Positions 1 to 8,077 of a DNA stretch of 64,000 bases are shown here, in pieces. Made by a program: the position numbers and the translations under genes. Numbering within the stretch: the stretch's first letter is position 1; each line of letters opens with the position of its first letter. The DNA is from an uncultured virus (IMG/VR IMGVR_UViG_3300030102_003210) (lineage: Duplodnaviria; Heunggongvirae; Uroviricota; Caudoviricetes): the IMG/VR virus record IMGVR_UViG_3300030102_003210; one strand, given 5' to 3'. The notes below the pieces were generated by a model, which saw only the letters and a program-made list of their open reading frames with translations, had not been told where the DNA came from and did no database searches.

Positions 1-1
1 A

Positions 2-751
2 ATGCAGAGAAAGGCTGAGATAGGCTCCCTGAAGTTTACGAGGGAATACCTATGCGTTCCCATCTCCACTGGAACTGCTCTGTTCAATCCTGAGTTCGTT
101 GAGAAATGTAAGAACAAGGAGTATGTCTTGAAACTTGGAAATAGAAAGGACAAGGGATACAGATATTACGTTGGTGTTGACCCTGCTATCTCAACCGATG
201 GTGACTATAACGTAATCACAGTTCTAGAGGTGGATGAGAATCAGAACAAGGCAATCGTACATGTGGACAGGGCGAAGAACATAGAGTTCAGAGAGAATAT
301 AGAGAAGATTCGTTTGATTGGAAAGGTGTTTGAGCCGGAGGAGATTCTATTTGAGACCAACACATTCGCAAAGGCATTCACACAGGAACTCAAGAACATG
401 ACAGATTTGAATGTCAGAGACTTCAACACAACTAGAAAGAAGAAGCAAGAGATAATTCTAAATCTTCAAATGAACATTGAGAATCAGAAGATAATCATGC
501 CGTATGGTGACAGTGCAAGTAGAAGGCTCACTGGTGCGTTGATTGAGGAACTTTCCATGTTCTCAATAACCACATCAGGAAGATTTGAGGGAGTTGGCGC
601 ACATGACGATTTGGTGATGAGTTTGGCACTTGCCAATGCTGCATCACAGGGAACGGGTGAGCAGTTCATACTACTAGATGACTTGGACATCTTTGATGAA
701 CCTACTACTGTTCGCAGGGGTATGCCGGGAATACTCGGCTTGAATTTTTGA
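2..751 (+). CDS. terL: Terminase large subunit, C-terminal RNase H-like nuclease domain (5' truncated by window)
   Basis: FTREYLC, YYVGVDPA..GDY, FETN and HDDLVMSLALA motifs typical of the TerL nuclease domain; lies upstream of the portal. Confidence 0.9.
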   Translation: MQRKAEIGSLKFTREYLCVPISTGTALFNPEFVEKCKNKEYVLKLGNRKDKGYRYYVGVDPAISTDGDYNVITVLEVDENQNKAIVHVDRAKNIEFRENIEKIRLIGKVFEPEEILFETNTFAKAFTQELKNMTDLNVRDFNTTRKKKQEIILNLQMNIENQKIIMPYGDSASRRLTGALIEELSMFSITTSGRFEGVGAHDDLVMSLALANAASQGTGEQFILLDDLDIFDEPTTVRRGMPGILGLNF

Positions 752-760
752 GGTTTAGAG

Positions 761-2098
761 ATGGGTAAAAAAGGAGATGAACTCAGGGAAGCAGCAGAAC
801 TTGCTGACCAAGAGGAAGCACTCCGAGAACAGAGAAAAAGAATCACGGATGAACTGAAGAGTTCTTGGCTATCAGAGCAACCAATATCCAGCCACACCGA
901 CATTGAGAAGAAGTTCGCAGAGGAACACAGACTGACATTGAGCGATGCTAGAAAGCATCTCTCCACCGACCTAAAAAAATATGAGATAGAGGGTAGGGAC
1001 GTTCCTGCGCTAATCAAGGAGTTGAAGGACTATCGAAGAACCCTCAAGGGCGAAGAGAAGATAGCAGTAACCAAATCAATTTCAAATCTAATCAACTCTT
1101 ACTCAGACCACTTGGACAAGAGCATAGACAAGATATACTGGTTGAGAAAGTATAAGCCAGCATTGAAGGATATGTCCTACAATGAGGAGAACATCATCAA
1201 ACTCTCTATGATAAGGGAAGAGGATATTAGAAGACAATTAGTTGATTCACTATGCAAGTATTGGGAGGATAAACTTGAGAGGAACGGTATGCCGTTCAAC
1301 GCAGAGTACGCTAGGTTGACGAAGGGCATGACCAACAGCAAGAGGGAGTTCAAGGACATAGTGAACAAATATATGGTCAACATAGGGCCAAAGGAGATAC
1401 TCAAGAGGCACATAACTAGAATGGTATGTGAAGAACAGGGAATATCATCGAGGCAGATTTACGAGAGACTTCCTGACAGTATCTCTAGAAAGACATCACC
1501 CTCCATGATATCATGGTTGGCTAAGTCTGAGGACATAACGAATGTCAATGGTGCATTGTATAAGATGAGCCATGACATAAAGAAGGACATCTACGCATAC
1601 ACTGCTGCATTCATAGATTCTGATGGCTATATCACGATGGACAAGAACCACAATCCTAGAGTCGGATTGGTAGCAACGGGAGATAGGGGTAAGGCGTTCA
1701 TGTTGGAAATGAAGAAGTCCCTAGGTATTGGAAGACTACACCTAGACCAAAAATCACCACAGGATACAAAGCCAATCAACAGACTGAACTTCTACTCACA
1801 GGCTGAAGTAACAGAACTCCTAACGAAGTGCCTTCCACATTTCAAACTCAAGAGAAAGAATGCAGACATACTTCTAGAACTCATGAGAATGAAGAAGAGT
1901 CACAAGAAAGCCTCTTGGTACAACGCTAGGAAGACGGAACTATTCAAACTGATGAAGTACGAGAACCACAAGGATGACAAGAACTACGACTTTGGGAAGT
2001 ATAACATAGACATAGATAACGTTGCGAAATACTATGACAATAACAAGACTTCTGAGATGGACAAATTGGAATCTATTGTAAAGAATGAGGATGAGTAA
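761..2098 (+). CDS. LAGLIDADG endonuclease-domain protein with long helical N-terminal extension
   Basis: Single LAGLIDADG helix YAYTAAFIDSDGYI followed by typical strands and LPHFKLKR; about 270 aa of unrelated N-terminal sequence. Confidence 0.8.
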   Translation: MGKKGDELREAAELADQEEALREQRKRITDELKSSWLSEQPISSHTDIEKKFAEEHRLTLSDARKHLSTDLKKYEIEGRDVPALIKELKDYRRTLKGEEKIAVTKSISNLINSYSDHLDKSIDKIYWLRKYKPALKDMSYNEENIIKLSMIREEDIRRQLVDSLCKYWEDKLERNGMPFNAEYARLTKGMTNSKREFKDIVNKYMVNIGPKEILKRHITRMVCEEQGISSRQIYERLPDSISRKTSPSMISWLAKSEDITNVNGALYKMSHDIKKDIYAYTAAFIDSDGYITMDKNHNPRVGLVATGDRGKAFMLEMKKSLGIGRLHLDQKSPQDTKPINRLNFYSQAEVTELLTKCLPHFKLKRKNADILLELMRMKKSHKKASWYNARKTELFKLMKYENHKDDKNYDFGKYNIDIDNVAKYYDNNKTSEMDKLESIVKNEDE

Positions 2099-2099
2099 A

Positions 2100-3746
2100 A
2101 TGGTAGAAGAAAGAAGACCCTCCTTGTTCCAGCGTTTAACACGCAGGACAACACCGAAGCCCGAAGACAGAACGATATACAATCCCGGTATACAGGAGAA
2201 GGATACTGCCTATCTCATAACTGGCCCAATAGTATACCACATAGCGTACCAATCTGTGATAACTAGAACTTGCATAACGCAGTTGAAGAACGAGGTGTTC
2301 AGAAGAGGATACACTTGGGAAGAGAAATTTACAGCGAAGTGTGGAGACTGTGGCAGGGAACACAAGCAACCAACTCTAGAATGCTTGGAATGCAAAAGCA
2401 CTAACCTGATGAAGCCGAACAGGGACCAACTAAAGTATATTCACAAGTTACTAGATGGGTACGTCAACAAGTCAGAGCAACTTTTCATCGATGTTCTCAA
2501 GGAACTTGAGGATGACCTGAACATAATGGATGATGCCTATCTCGTTATGGTGAAGGAATACTATGTGGATGGAAACGGTGACATTCGTATGCATCGAATC
2601 AAGGAGGTCTATCGTGGAGACCCTGTTAGTATGCACATATATGCTGATGACAATGGTGAGAGAGGACATGAGGGATTTACCTGTCTAACCCATCGTGACC
2701 AAATCACGAAGGACCATTCTGCCATGTGCGACATATGTGGCTCTGACCTTCATCCCGTTCACTATGTAAATCGAGCAAACGGAAAGGAACAGGCATTCAT
2801 CGAGGGGGAGGTTCTACACTTCAGCAAATACTCACCATCTAGATTGTATGGCAGGTCTCCTGTCATGACAATGTGGAACCACATCACCACACTGATAGCA
2901 ATGGAGAACTATGTCAACTCAGCATACACCAAGGCTAGGAAACCAAGAGGAATACTCGCAGTTCAAACTAGAAACATGGAATCCATGAAGTCATTTTGGC
3001 GTGGTGTCAAGGAGAAGATGGAGCAAGACCCTCACTTCATTCCAGTCATGGGTATAGAGTCGGAAGGCGGTAAAGGCTCCGTTGAGTGGGTAAACTTCAT
3101 GGACAGCATCAAAGAGATGGATTACATACAAGTCAAAGAAGACTTGAGAGATAGGATTGCCGCATTCTACGGTGTTAGTAAAATCTTCATGGCAGACAAC
3201 TCTGCAAGTGGTGGGTTGAACAACGAGGGTATGCAGATACTCGTTACCAACAGAGCAGTCGAGATGGCACAGACGATTTGGAACAACTACGTCTTCCCGT
3301 TCATGACTGAGGAGTTCGGAATCACAGATTGGGAGTTGAAACTGCCACCATCCGAGGAAGAGGATGAGATTGCCAAACTCAGGAAGAGGGAGATAGAGGT
3401 CAACGTGGCAGCGTCAATAAAGAATCTCGGCTTTGAAGTTGATATGGATGATGAGGGTAGATTCACCTTCAAGAAGCCTGACCCCAAACCTGAGCAGAAA
3501 GGACCAACAGAAGGGGAAGGTGATAAAGTCGAGACTGACCCATTCGCAGGTACAGACATCGATGCAAGTCAACTTGGGCAACTACAGGAACAGCAACTAC
3601 TAGGTGGAAGCACACCACAGGAAAACCCACCTGCAACGAGAAACAAACCATCTATGGAGACTGGTCCTGACAAGAGATTTTCGGGACTACCAACAGAAGC
3701 AGGTAATCAAAATGTTGATTCACGAACAGAGAGGCGGGTAGGTTAA
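2100..3746 (+). CDS. Portal protein with two Zn-ribbon-like insertions
   Basis: EVLHF..SRLYGRSP, PRGIL and DRIAAFYGVSKIF portal motifs; follows terminase; ORF is open from 2085, and the start at 2100 is favoured by a GAGGA SD. Confidence 0.88.
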   Translation: MVEERRPSLFQRLTRRTTPKPEDRTIYNPGIQEKDTAYLITGPIVYHIAYQSVITRTCITQLKNEVFRRGYTWEEKFTAKCGDCGREHKQPTLECLECKSTNLMKPNRDQLKYIHKLLDGYVNKSEQLFIDVLKELEDDLNIMDDAYLVMVKEYYVDGNGDIRMHRIKEVYRGDPVSMHIYADDNGERGHEGFTCLTHRDQITKDHSAMCDICGSDLHPVHYVNRANGKEQAFIEGEVLHFSKYSPSRLYGRSPVMTMWNHITTLIAMENYVNSAYTKARKPRGILAVQTRNMESMKSFWRGVKEKMEQDPHFIPVMGIESEGGKGSVEWVNFMDSIKEMDYIQVKEDLRDRIAAFYGVSKIFMADNSASGGLNNEGMQILVTNRAVEMAQTIWNNYVFPFMTEEFGITDWELKLPPSEEEDEIAKLRKREIEVNVAASIKNLGFEVDMDDEGRFTFKKPDPKPEQKGPTEGEGDKVETDPFAGTDIDASQLGQLQEQQLLGGSTPQENPPATRNKPSMETGPDKRFSGLPTEAGNQNVDSRTERRVG

Positions 3747-3853
3747 TGGGAATCGTCACTGCTATGGTAAAAGACCTAGAAAATCTAGAGGTAGTCAAGC
3801 AGTGGAAGGAAGAACTAGACGCATTATACGCAAAGGAGGATGAAGAGGAATGA
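3746..3853 (+). CDS. 35-aa hypothetical protein (MGIVTAMVKDL...)
   Basis: TAATG overlap with the portal stop and ATGA overlap with the next gene; fills the gap exactly. Confidence 0.55.
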   Translation: MGIVTAMVKDLENLEVVKQWKEELDALYAKEDEEE

Positions 3854-4119
3854 CTTGGTTTAACATCATCAAAAACGCAAAGTTGGATGCGTATGGAAAA
3901 CTCCTTGATAAAACAGAGAAACTAGACAAACTCAGAGATGAACTCATAGAGGACATGGAGGGATATACTCAGAGACTAATGGCTGCGGGAATGGATAGAG
4001 AATCCGCAAAGAGAATAGTAGAGAATATGAATAAGCATCTCATTAGAGAGATAGATGAGGCAGAGAAGAGATACAACACAGAGTTTAGGAACTACTCAGT
4101 TGACAGACTACAGGATTAG
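3850..4119 (+). CDS. Small helical protein with MTWFNIIK N-terminal motif; putative internal head protein
   Basis: ORF with SD; shares N-terminal motif with neighbours. Confidence 0.65.
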   Translation: MTWFNIIKNAKLDAYGKLLDKTEKLDKLRDELIEDMEGYTQRLMAAGMDRESAKRIVENMNKHLIREIDEAEKRYNTEFRNYSVDRLQD

Positions 4120-4131
4120 GAGAGGAAAGGC

Positions 4132-4590
4132 ATGTCTCTTTGGTTCGAGGAATTGAAGAAGGAGAAAGATGCCTGTTACTACAAGGTCAGAAGCAGATAC
4201 AAGGTATGGCCCTCTGCTTATGGTTCAGGAGCATTAGTGCAGTGTAGAAAAGTAGGTGCTAAGAATTGGGGCAACTCCAAGAAAAAGAAGAAGAGAGTCA
4301 AGAAGGCAGAGGGATGTGGCTGCGATGAGTGTCAGGAGAAGAAGTCAGATGAACTGTGGAAGGATTGGGTAAGTTGTTCCTCTTGCACTGATGACAAACC
4401 CGGTACGGAACCCTGTGGTAGGAAGGATGCATCAAAGGGAACAAAGAGAAGGTGTCGTCCAACTTGCTCTGCTTGTAAGGACTACAAGAGAAGGGCAGGT
4501 AGGAGAGGAAAGTCAAAGAGAAGGAAAGCAGGAACGTTCAGCATGGAGGAAGAGCAAGGGCTTCACGGTTGGTTTAAGCGGAGGGGTTAG
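4132..4590 (+). CDS. Basic Cys-rich protein with MSLWFEELKK N-terminus; putative internal DNA-binding head protein
   Basis: Very K/R-rich; CYYKVRSRYKVWPSAYGSGALVQCRK motif; several CxxC. Confidence 0.65.
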   Translation: MSLWFEELKKEKDACYYKVRSRYKVWPSAYGSGALVQCRKVGAKNWGNSKKKKKRVKKAEGCGCDECQEKKSDELWKDWVSCSSCTDDKPGTEPCGRKDASKGTKRRCRPTCSACKDYKRRAGRRGKSKRRKAGTFSMEEEQGLHGWFKRRG

Positions 4591-5274
4591 ATGGGCTGGT
4601 TCCAAGTTCTAAAGGCAACTCCTGTTTTTGATAAGGATAACAAGGACATGGGCTACTACGATGGTGAGGCGAAGATAAACCTAGCAAACTTTGGCCCCTA
4701 CAAGGACAGTTCTGATGAAGAGGTAATCGATGCTATCATGAATATTGCCATACATGAGGATGCCCATGCCGCATTTCACGAAGGTAATAACCCTAGCAAA
4801 ATCATATTTGATTTACTAGTGCAACCATTGGCGAGGATAATGAATAGGTTCAAGACGGATTCAAACCGGACGAAAGAAGTCTTGTATCAAATAAAATATA
4901 AGATGTGGAAAGAGATAAACAAGTTCGTACAAGCCACAATGATAGACGAGGTTTTCGCTTATCGTTCAGGCCATTTGCGCATGGATGAAAAATTCATGAA
5001 TTTCTTCATGGAATCAACCAAAGGAAAATACCCCCTCAAGGAAACAAAACAAGGTTTTGCTAATATGGCAAGCGATAGCGCAAAAAAATACATGACAGGG
5101 TATATTCCACGTTACATTAGAGACTTCAGTAAATACATTGATGGAATATTCGAGGATAACATCAATGAAGAGTGGGTTATCTCATATACTAAAGGTGAAC
5201 TAGAGGAAATAAGAGACGCTCTAATGAGAGTGTTTGAGGAAACCATCAAAAGAGAAATATCAAAGTTGAGGTGA
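4591..5274 (+). CDS. Putative zincin metallopeptidase with MGWFQVLK N-terminus
   Basis: HExxH motif (AIHEDAHA) with downstream DE (IDEVFAY) as candidate third ligand. Confidence 0.55.
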   Translation: MGWFQVLKATPVFDKDNKDMGYYDGEAKINLANFGPYKDSSDEEVIDAIMNIAIHEDAHAAFHEGNNPSKIIFDLLVQPLARIMNRFKTDSNRTKEVLYQIKYKMWKEINKFVQATMIDEVFAYRSGHLRMDEKFMNFFMESTKGKYPLKETKQGFANMASDSAKKYMTGYIPRYIRDFSKYIDGIFEDNINEEWVISYTKGELEEIRDALMRVFEETIKREISKLR

Positions 5275-5280
5275 TGAGAT

Positions 5281-5571
5281 ATGCATTGGTTTACTCTTCT
5301 GAAGAAAGACAAGAAGGACATGAGAGTTGGAAGGGTCTATCGTTCAGACAGAGAAGGCAAGAAGATAATGATGCGCACTGACCAAGATAAGAAGATACAT
5401 GCTGGTCGTAAAGGTATGAGTAATTGGGCTGGTAAAGGTAAGAAAGCGGGTGGTGGGAAACACAAAGACGCTGACAGAAGAAGAAATTTCCGAAGAAGAA
5501 TGAAATGCAAACAATGTGTGGGTAAGCCAATTAGAACCCCTAGATGTTTAGCGTGTCAGAAACTATGGTGA
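5281..5571 (+). CDS. Small highly basic protein with MHWFTLLKK N-terminus
   Basis: K/R-rich; RRRNFRRRMKC..C...CLAC..LW C-terminus; GAGGTGA SD. Confidence 0.65.
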   Translation: MHWFTLLKKDKKDMRVGRVYRSDREGKKIMMRTDQDKKIHAGRKGMSNWAGKGKKAGGGKHKDADRRRNFRRRMKCKQCVGKPIRTPRCLACQKLW

Positions 5572-5576
5572 GAGAA

Positions 5577-5834
5577 ATGAAATGGTGGAACATAATTAAG
5601 CAAATTGACATGGGAATGCCTGATGCTGGTGGCGGCATGATGGGTGCAGAAGAGGGTAAAATCAAACCTGCTAAGGACATGGAAGAAGCAAGGGAACATC
5701 CTGTTGACCCTGCTGTTGCAGAGGAACAGGACATAGAGAACCAACTGTACGGTGGTCAGAAGAAACTAGATGTGAACGACGATGGCAAACTAACTGAAAA
5801 GGACTTCGAGCAACTAAGGGAGGAAAAAAAATGA
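5577..5834 (+). CDS. Small acidic protein with MKWWNIIK N-terminus and EF-hand-like loop
   Basis: Start re-assigned to ATG 5577 after GGTGA SD; DVNDDGKLTEKDF loop. Confidence 0.6.
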   Translation: MKWWNIIKQIDMGMPDAGGGMMGAEEGKIKPAKDMEEAREHPVDPAVAEEQDIENQLYGGQKKLDVNDDGKLTEKDFEQLREEKK

Positions 5835-6058
5835 CAGAAAAGAAAGGAGTAAGAGAATTGGAAAAGGAACTAGCGAATGCGAGGGCGGAGCAGTATGCTC
5901 ACTACAACAGGAGTACCACGAAGAACAGGGACTTGTCAGTGGGTGGCGTAGACCCGAATGCCGTGGAGAAGAAGTCACCCGGTTCAGCAGACATACCTGA
6001 TGCGGTTCTACTACCTAAGAAAAAGAGAGCAAGAACACCGAACAACCCTTGGGGATGA
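5831..6058 (+). CDS. Hypothetical protein
   Basis: ATGA-coupled ORF within the operon. Confidence 0.6.
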   Translation: MTEKKGVRELEKELANARAEQYAHYNRSTTKNRDLSVGGVDPNAVEKKSPGSADIPDAVLLPKKKRARTPNNPWG

Positions 6059-6063
6059 TTAGC

Positions 6064-7188
6064 ATGAGTGGGTCATTCATGGATGTTCTTCGCAAGAAGG
6101 AGCCTGTGGTGACTAGAGAGATTAGGAAGAGCGAGGAAAAACGCAAAACCCCAATCGTAAAATTAGAAAGACTGATGGAGAGATACTCTTCGTTACCGGG
6201 AACAAACCCGAATAAGAAGATAGGCTCAGAGAGAGTATCGCAGGAAGTTGAGGATTTCTTGAACGTATATGAAAATAGAATCAACGAGATAACCAGTCTA
6301 GTTAGGGGATTGACTACCAAGTCAGGGAAGGTAACGCCAAAGAGAATGTCAAAGGCGTTTGGTGGTAGGCTACTACCCATATTCACTGATATGGGTGAGG
6401 TAGACCCCAAGACAGGTAGAAGAGAACTAGTCATTAGAGACTACAATGGCATGAGGGCTGACAAGTTATACTTGGAGATAGTCGGAGCCATACCGGGTCT
6501 CTCTTCACTAGGGGGAGACTTGAATCGTGATAGATACTCGAAACTAGTACGTTTTGTTGAGAGGGTAAGGAACGCACAGGATGAGATTTCAGGCGAGAAC
6601 AGTGCTGCTAGAAACATATCAAACAAGGTTAAGAAATACATTAAAGAAAGAAACTATGACATTAAGGAATTTAAGAAGATTCAAGATGAGTTAGAGGATG
6701 CCTTCACAGAGGTATCCATAGACATCTCTGACTACAAGGACTTGGAGAAAGACGTTGGATTGGATGTAACTTCATTATACTTTAAGAACCAATATGCTGA
6801 ACCAAGTGAGGATATCGATGAAGATGAAAGGAAGAGATGGCAACAATACAGGATGTTCATGAATGACCTGTATGAGTCTCTGACATTCTTAGATTCAGCA
6901 CACAAATATGTCAGTAAAGTGATTAGTACATATCAGGACACTTTAGATATGAGAGAGAGAACAGCCAGTCTTGCTGAAGGTCAAGGAATCAAGACTACTG
7001 ATGAGGATGGTGCTGTATCAGAAAGTGCGGGTCTGTTTCGAGAGGCCCAGTCAACCTTGGAGATGATGGAGAAATCAGTTGAGGATTTCGATGGGCATGA
7101 GTTCACTCTTTTAGATGGTGAGAGTAAAATGAAGGTCAACATACTTGGTGAGGGAGAGAATCTCATATCTTCTAGGAAGGAAGCGTAA
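6064..7188 (+). CDS. Hypothetical helical protein (MSGSFMDVLRK N-terminus)
   Basis: Long ORF (open from 6049); carries a variant of the shared N-terminal motif. Confidence 0.7.
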   Translation: MSGSFMDVLRKKEPVVTREIRKSEEKRKTPIVKLERLMERYSSLPGTNPNKKIGSERVSQEVEDFLNVYENRINEITSLVRGLTTKSGKVTPKRMSKAFGGRLLPIFTDMGEVDPKTGRRELVIRDYNGMRADKLYLEIVGAIPGLSSLGGDLNRDRYSKLVRFVERVRNAQDEISGENSAARNISNKVKKYIKERNYDIKEFKKIQDELEDAFTEVSIDISDYKDLEKDVGLDVTSLYFKNQYAEPSEDIDEDERKRWQQYRMFMNDLYESLTFLDSAHKYVSKVISTYQDTLDMRERTASLAEGQGIKTTDEDGAVSESAGLFREAQSTLEMMEKSVEDFDGHEFTLLDGESKMKVNILGEGENLISSRKEA

Positions 7189-7223
7189 TAACATTAAACT
7201 GAGGTATGTTAGGAGAGGGTATG

Positions 7224-7601
7224 ATGGCGTGGCAGGATATACTGAAAGCGTCTGACTTTCTAGAGAAACTAGAGCCAAAGCAGAAGAAGAAAATAAAGAA
7301 ACTTCTGCAAATGACACAGCCCACGAAGAACATGGGAGACGAGATGACGAAGTTAGAGGAAATCATCAAGGAGATGGAAGGTCTCGACCTAGTGAAGAAC
7401 GATGAGAGACTTACCAAGAAAATGAAGTCCTTCCGTGAGAAAAACCTAGACATACTCGCAAGTGCTGCTGAACTACGCAAGGACTATCAAACGCTCTATG
7501 ACCAAATCAAGAGCGTAGCCTATCCAAGGGGTGCAGATAAAGAGCCAGCATCCGACGAGAAGCAAGATTTTGAGAAACTGATAGAGTGGAGTCATGGGTG
7601 A
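7224..7601 (+). CDS. Coiled-coil protein with MAWQDILK N-terminus
   Basis: ORF open from 7206; motif start follows GGAGAGGG SD. Confidence 0.65.
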   Translation: MAWQDILKASDFLEKLEPKQKKKIKKLLQMTQPTKNMGDEMTKLEEIIKEMEGLDLVKNDERLTKKMKSFREKNLDILASAAELRKDYQTLYDQIKSVAYPRGADKEPASDEKQDFEKLIEWSHG

Positions 7602-7606
7602 TTAAT

Positions 7607-7834
7607 ATGAGTAAGAAAGAAGAAAATGAAATGCTACTGCTAATGAAGGAACTGGTGAACAAAGTGAATGCTCTAGAGAGGGCGGTTTACCATAAAGACA
7701 ACCTCTTGATGAAGTCAGGGTTCGTTGTTCGTGAGACACCAACGCCATCTATGGGGAACGTTGAAGTTCCCGATGGTGGAAACATGTCTTGGGATGAGAT
7801 TCGCAAGATGACAGAGAAGATGGAGGGAAGATAA
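7607..7834 (+). CDS. Small coiled-coil protein ending MSWDEIRKM
   Basis: GGTGA SD before ATG 7607; C-terminus resembles the scaffold C-terminus. Confidence 0.65.
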   Translation: MSKKEENEMLLLMKELVNKVNALERAVYHKDNLLMKSGFVVRETPTPSMGNVEVPDGGNMSWDEIRKMTEKMEGR

Positions 7835-8055
7835 TGCCGGAGAGAGTAACTAGGGAAGAGAAACTTGTGGAGTTGGCTATAGAGAAGGCCAAGACCGTTA
7901 TCGCAGAAGCAGAACACCTTGGGACGATAGAGAACAAGGATGATGTGAATGGGGAGACGGTCAAGGTAAAGAGACCAAAAGAGAACCCACCTGAAGAGAA
8001 ACTACCCGAGACTAGCAACATTGATGGTAAGGCAGATTTGGTAAATGAGGGATAG
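7834..8055 (+). CDS. Hypothetical acidic protein
   Basis: TAATG-coupled ORF. Confidence 0.6.
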   Translation: MPERVTREEKLVELAIEKAKTVIAEAEHLGTIENKDDVNGETVKVKRPKENPPEEKLPETSNIDGKADLVNEG

Positions 8056-8077
8056 AGCGAGAAGGTTTTGATGCATA

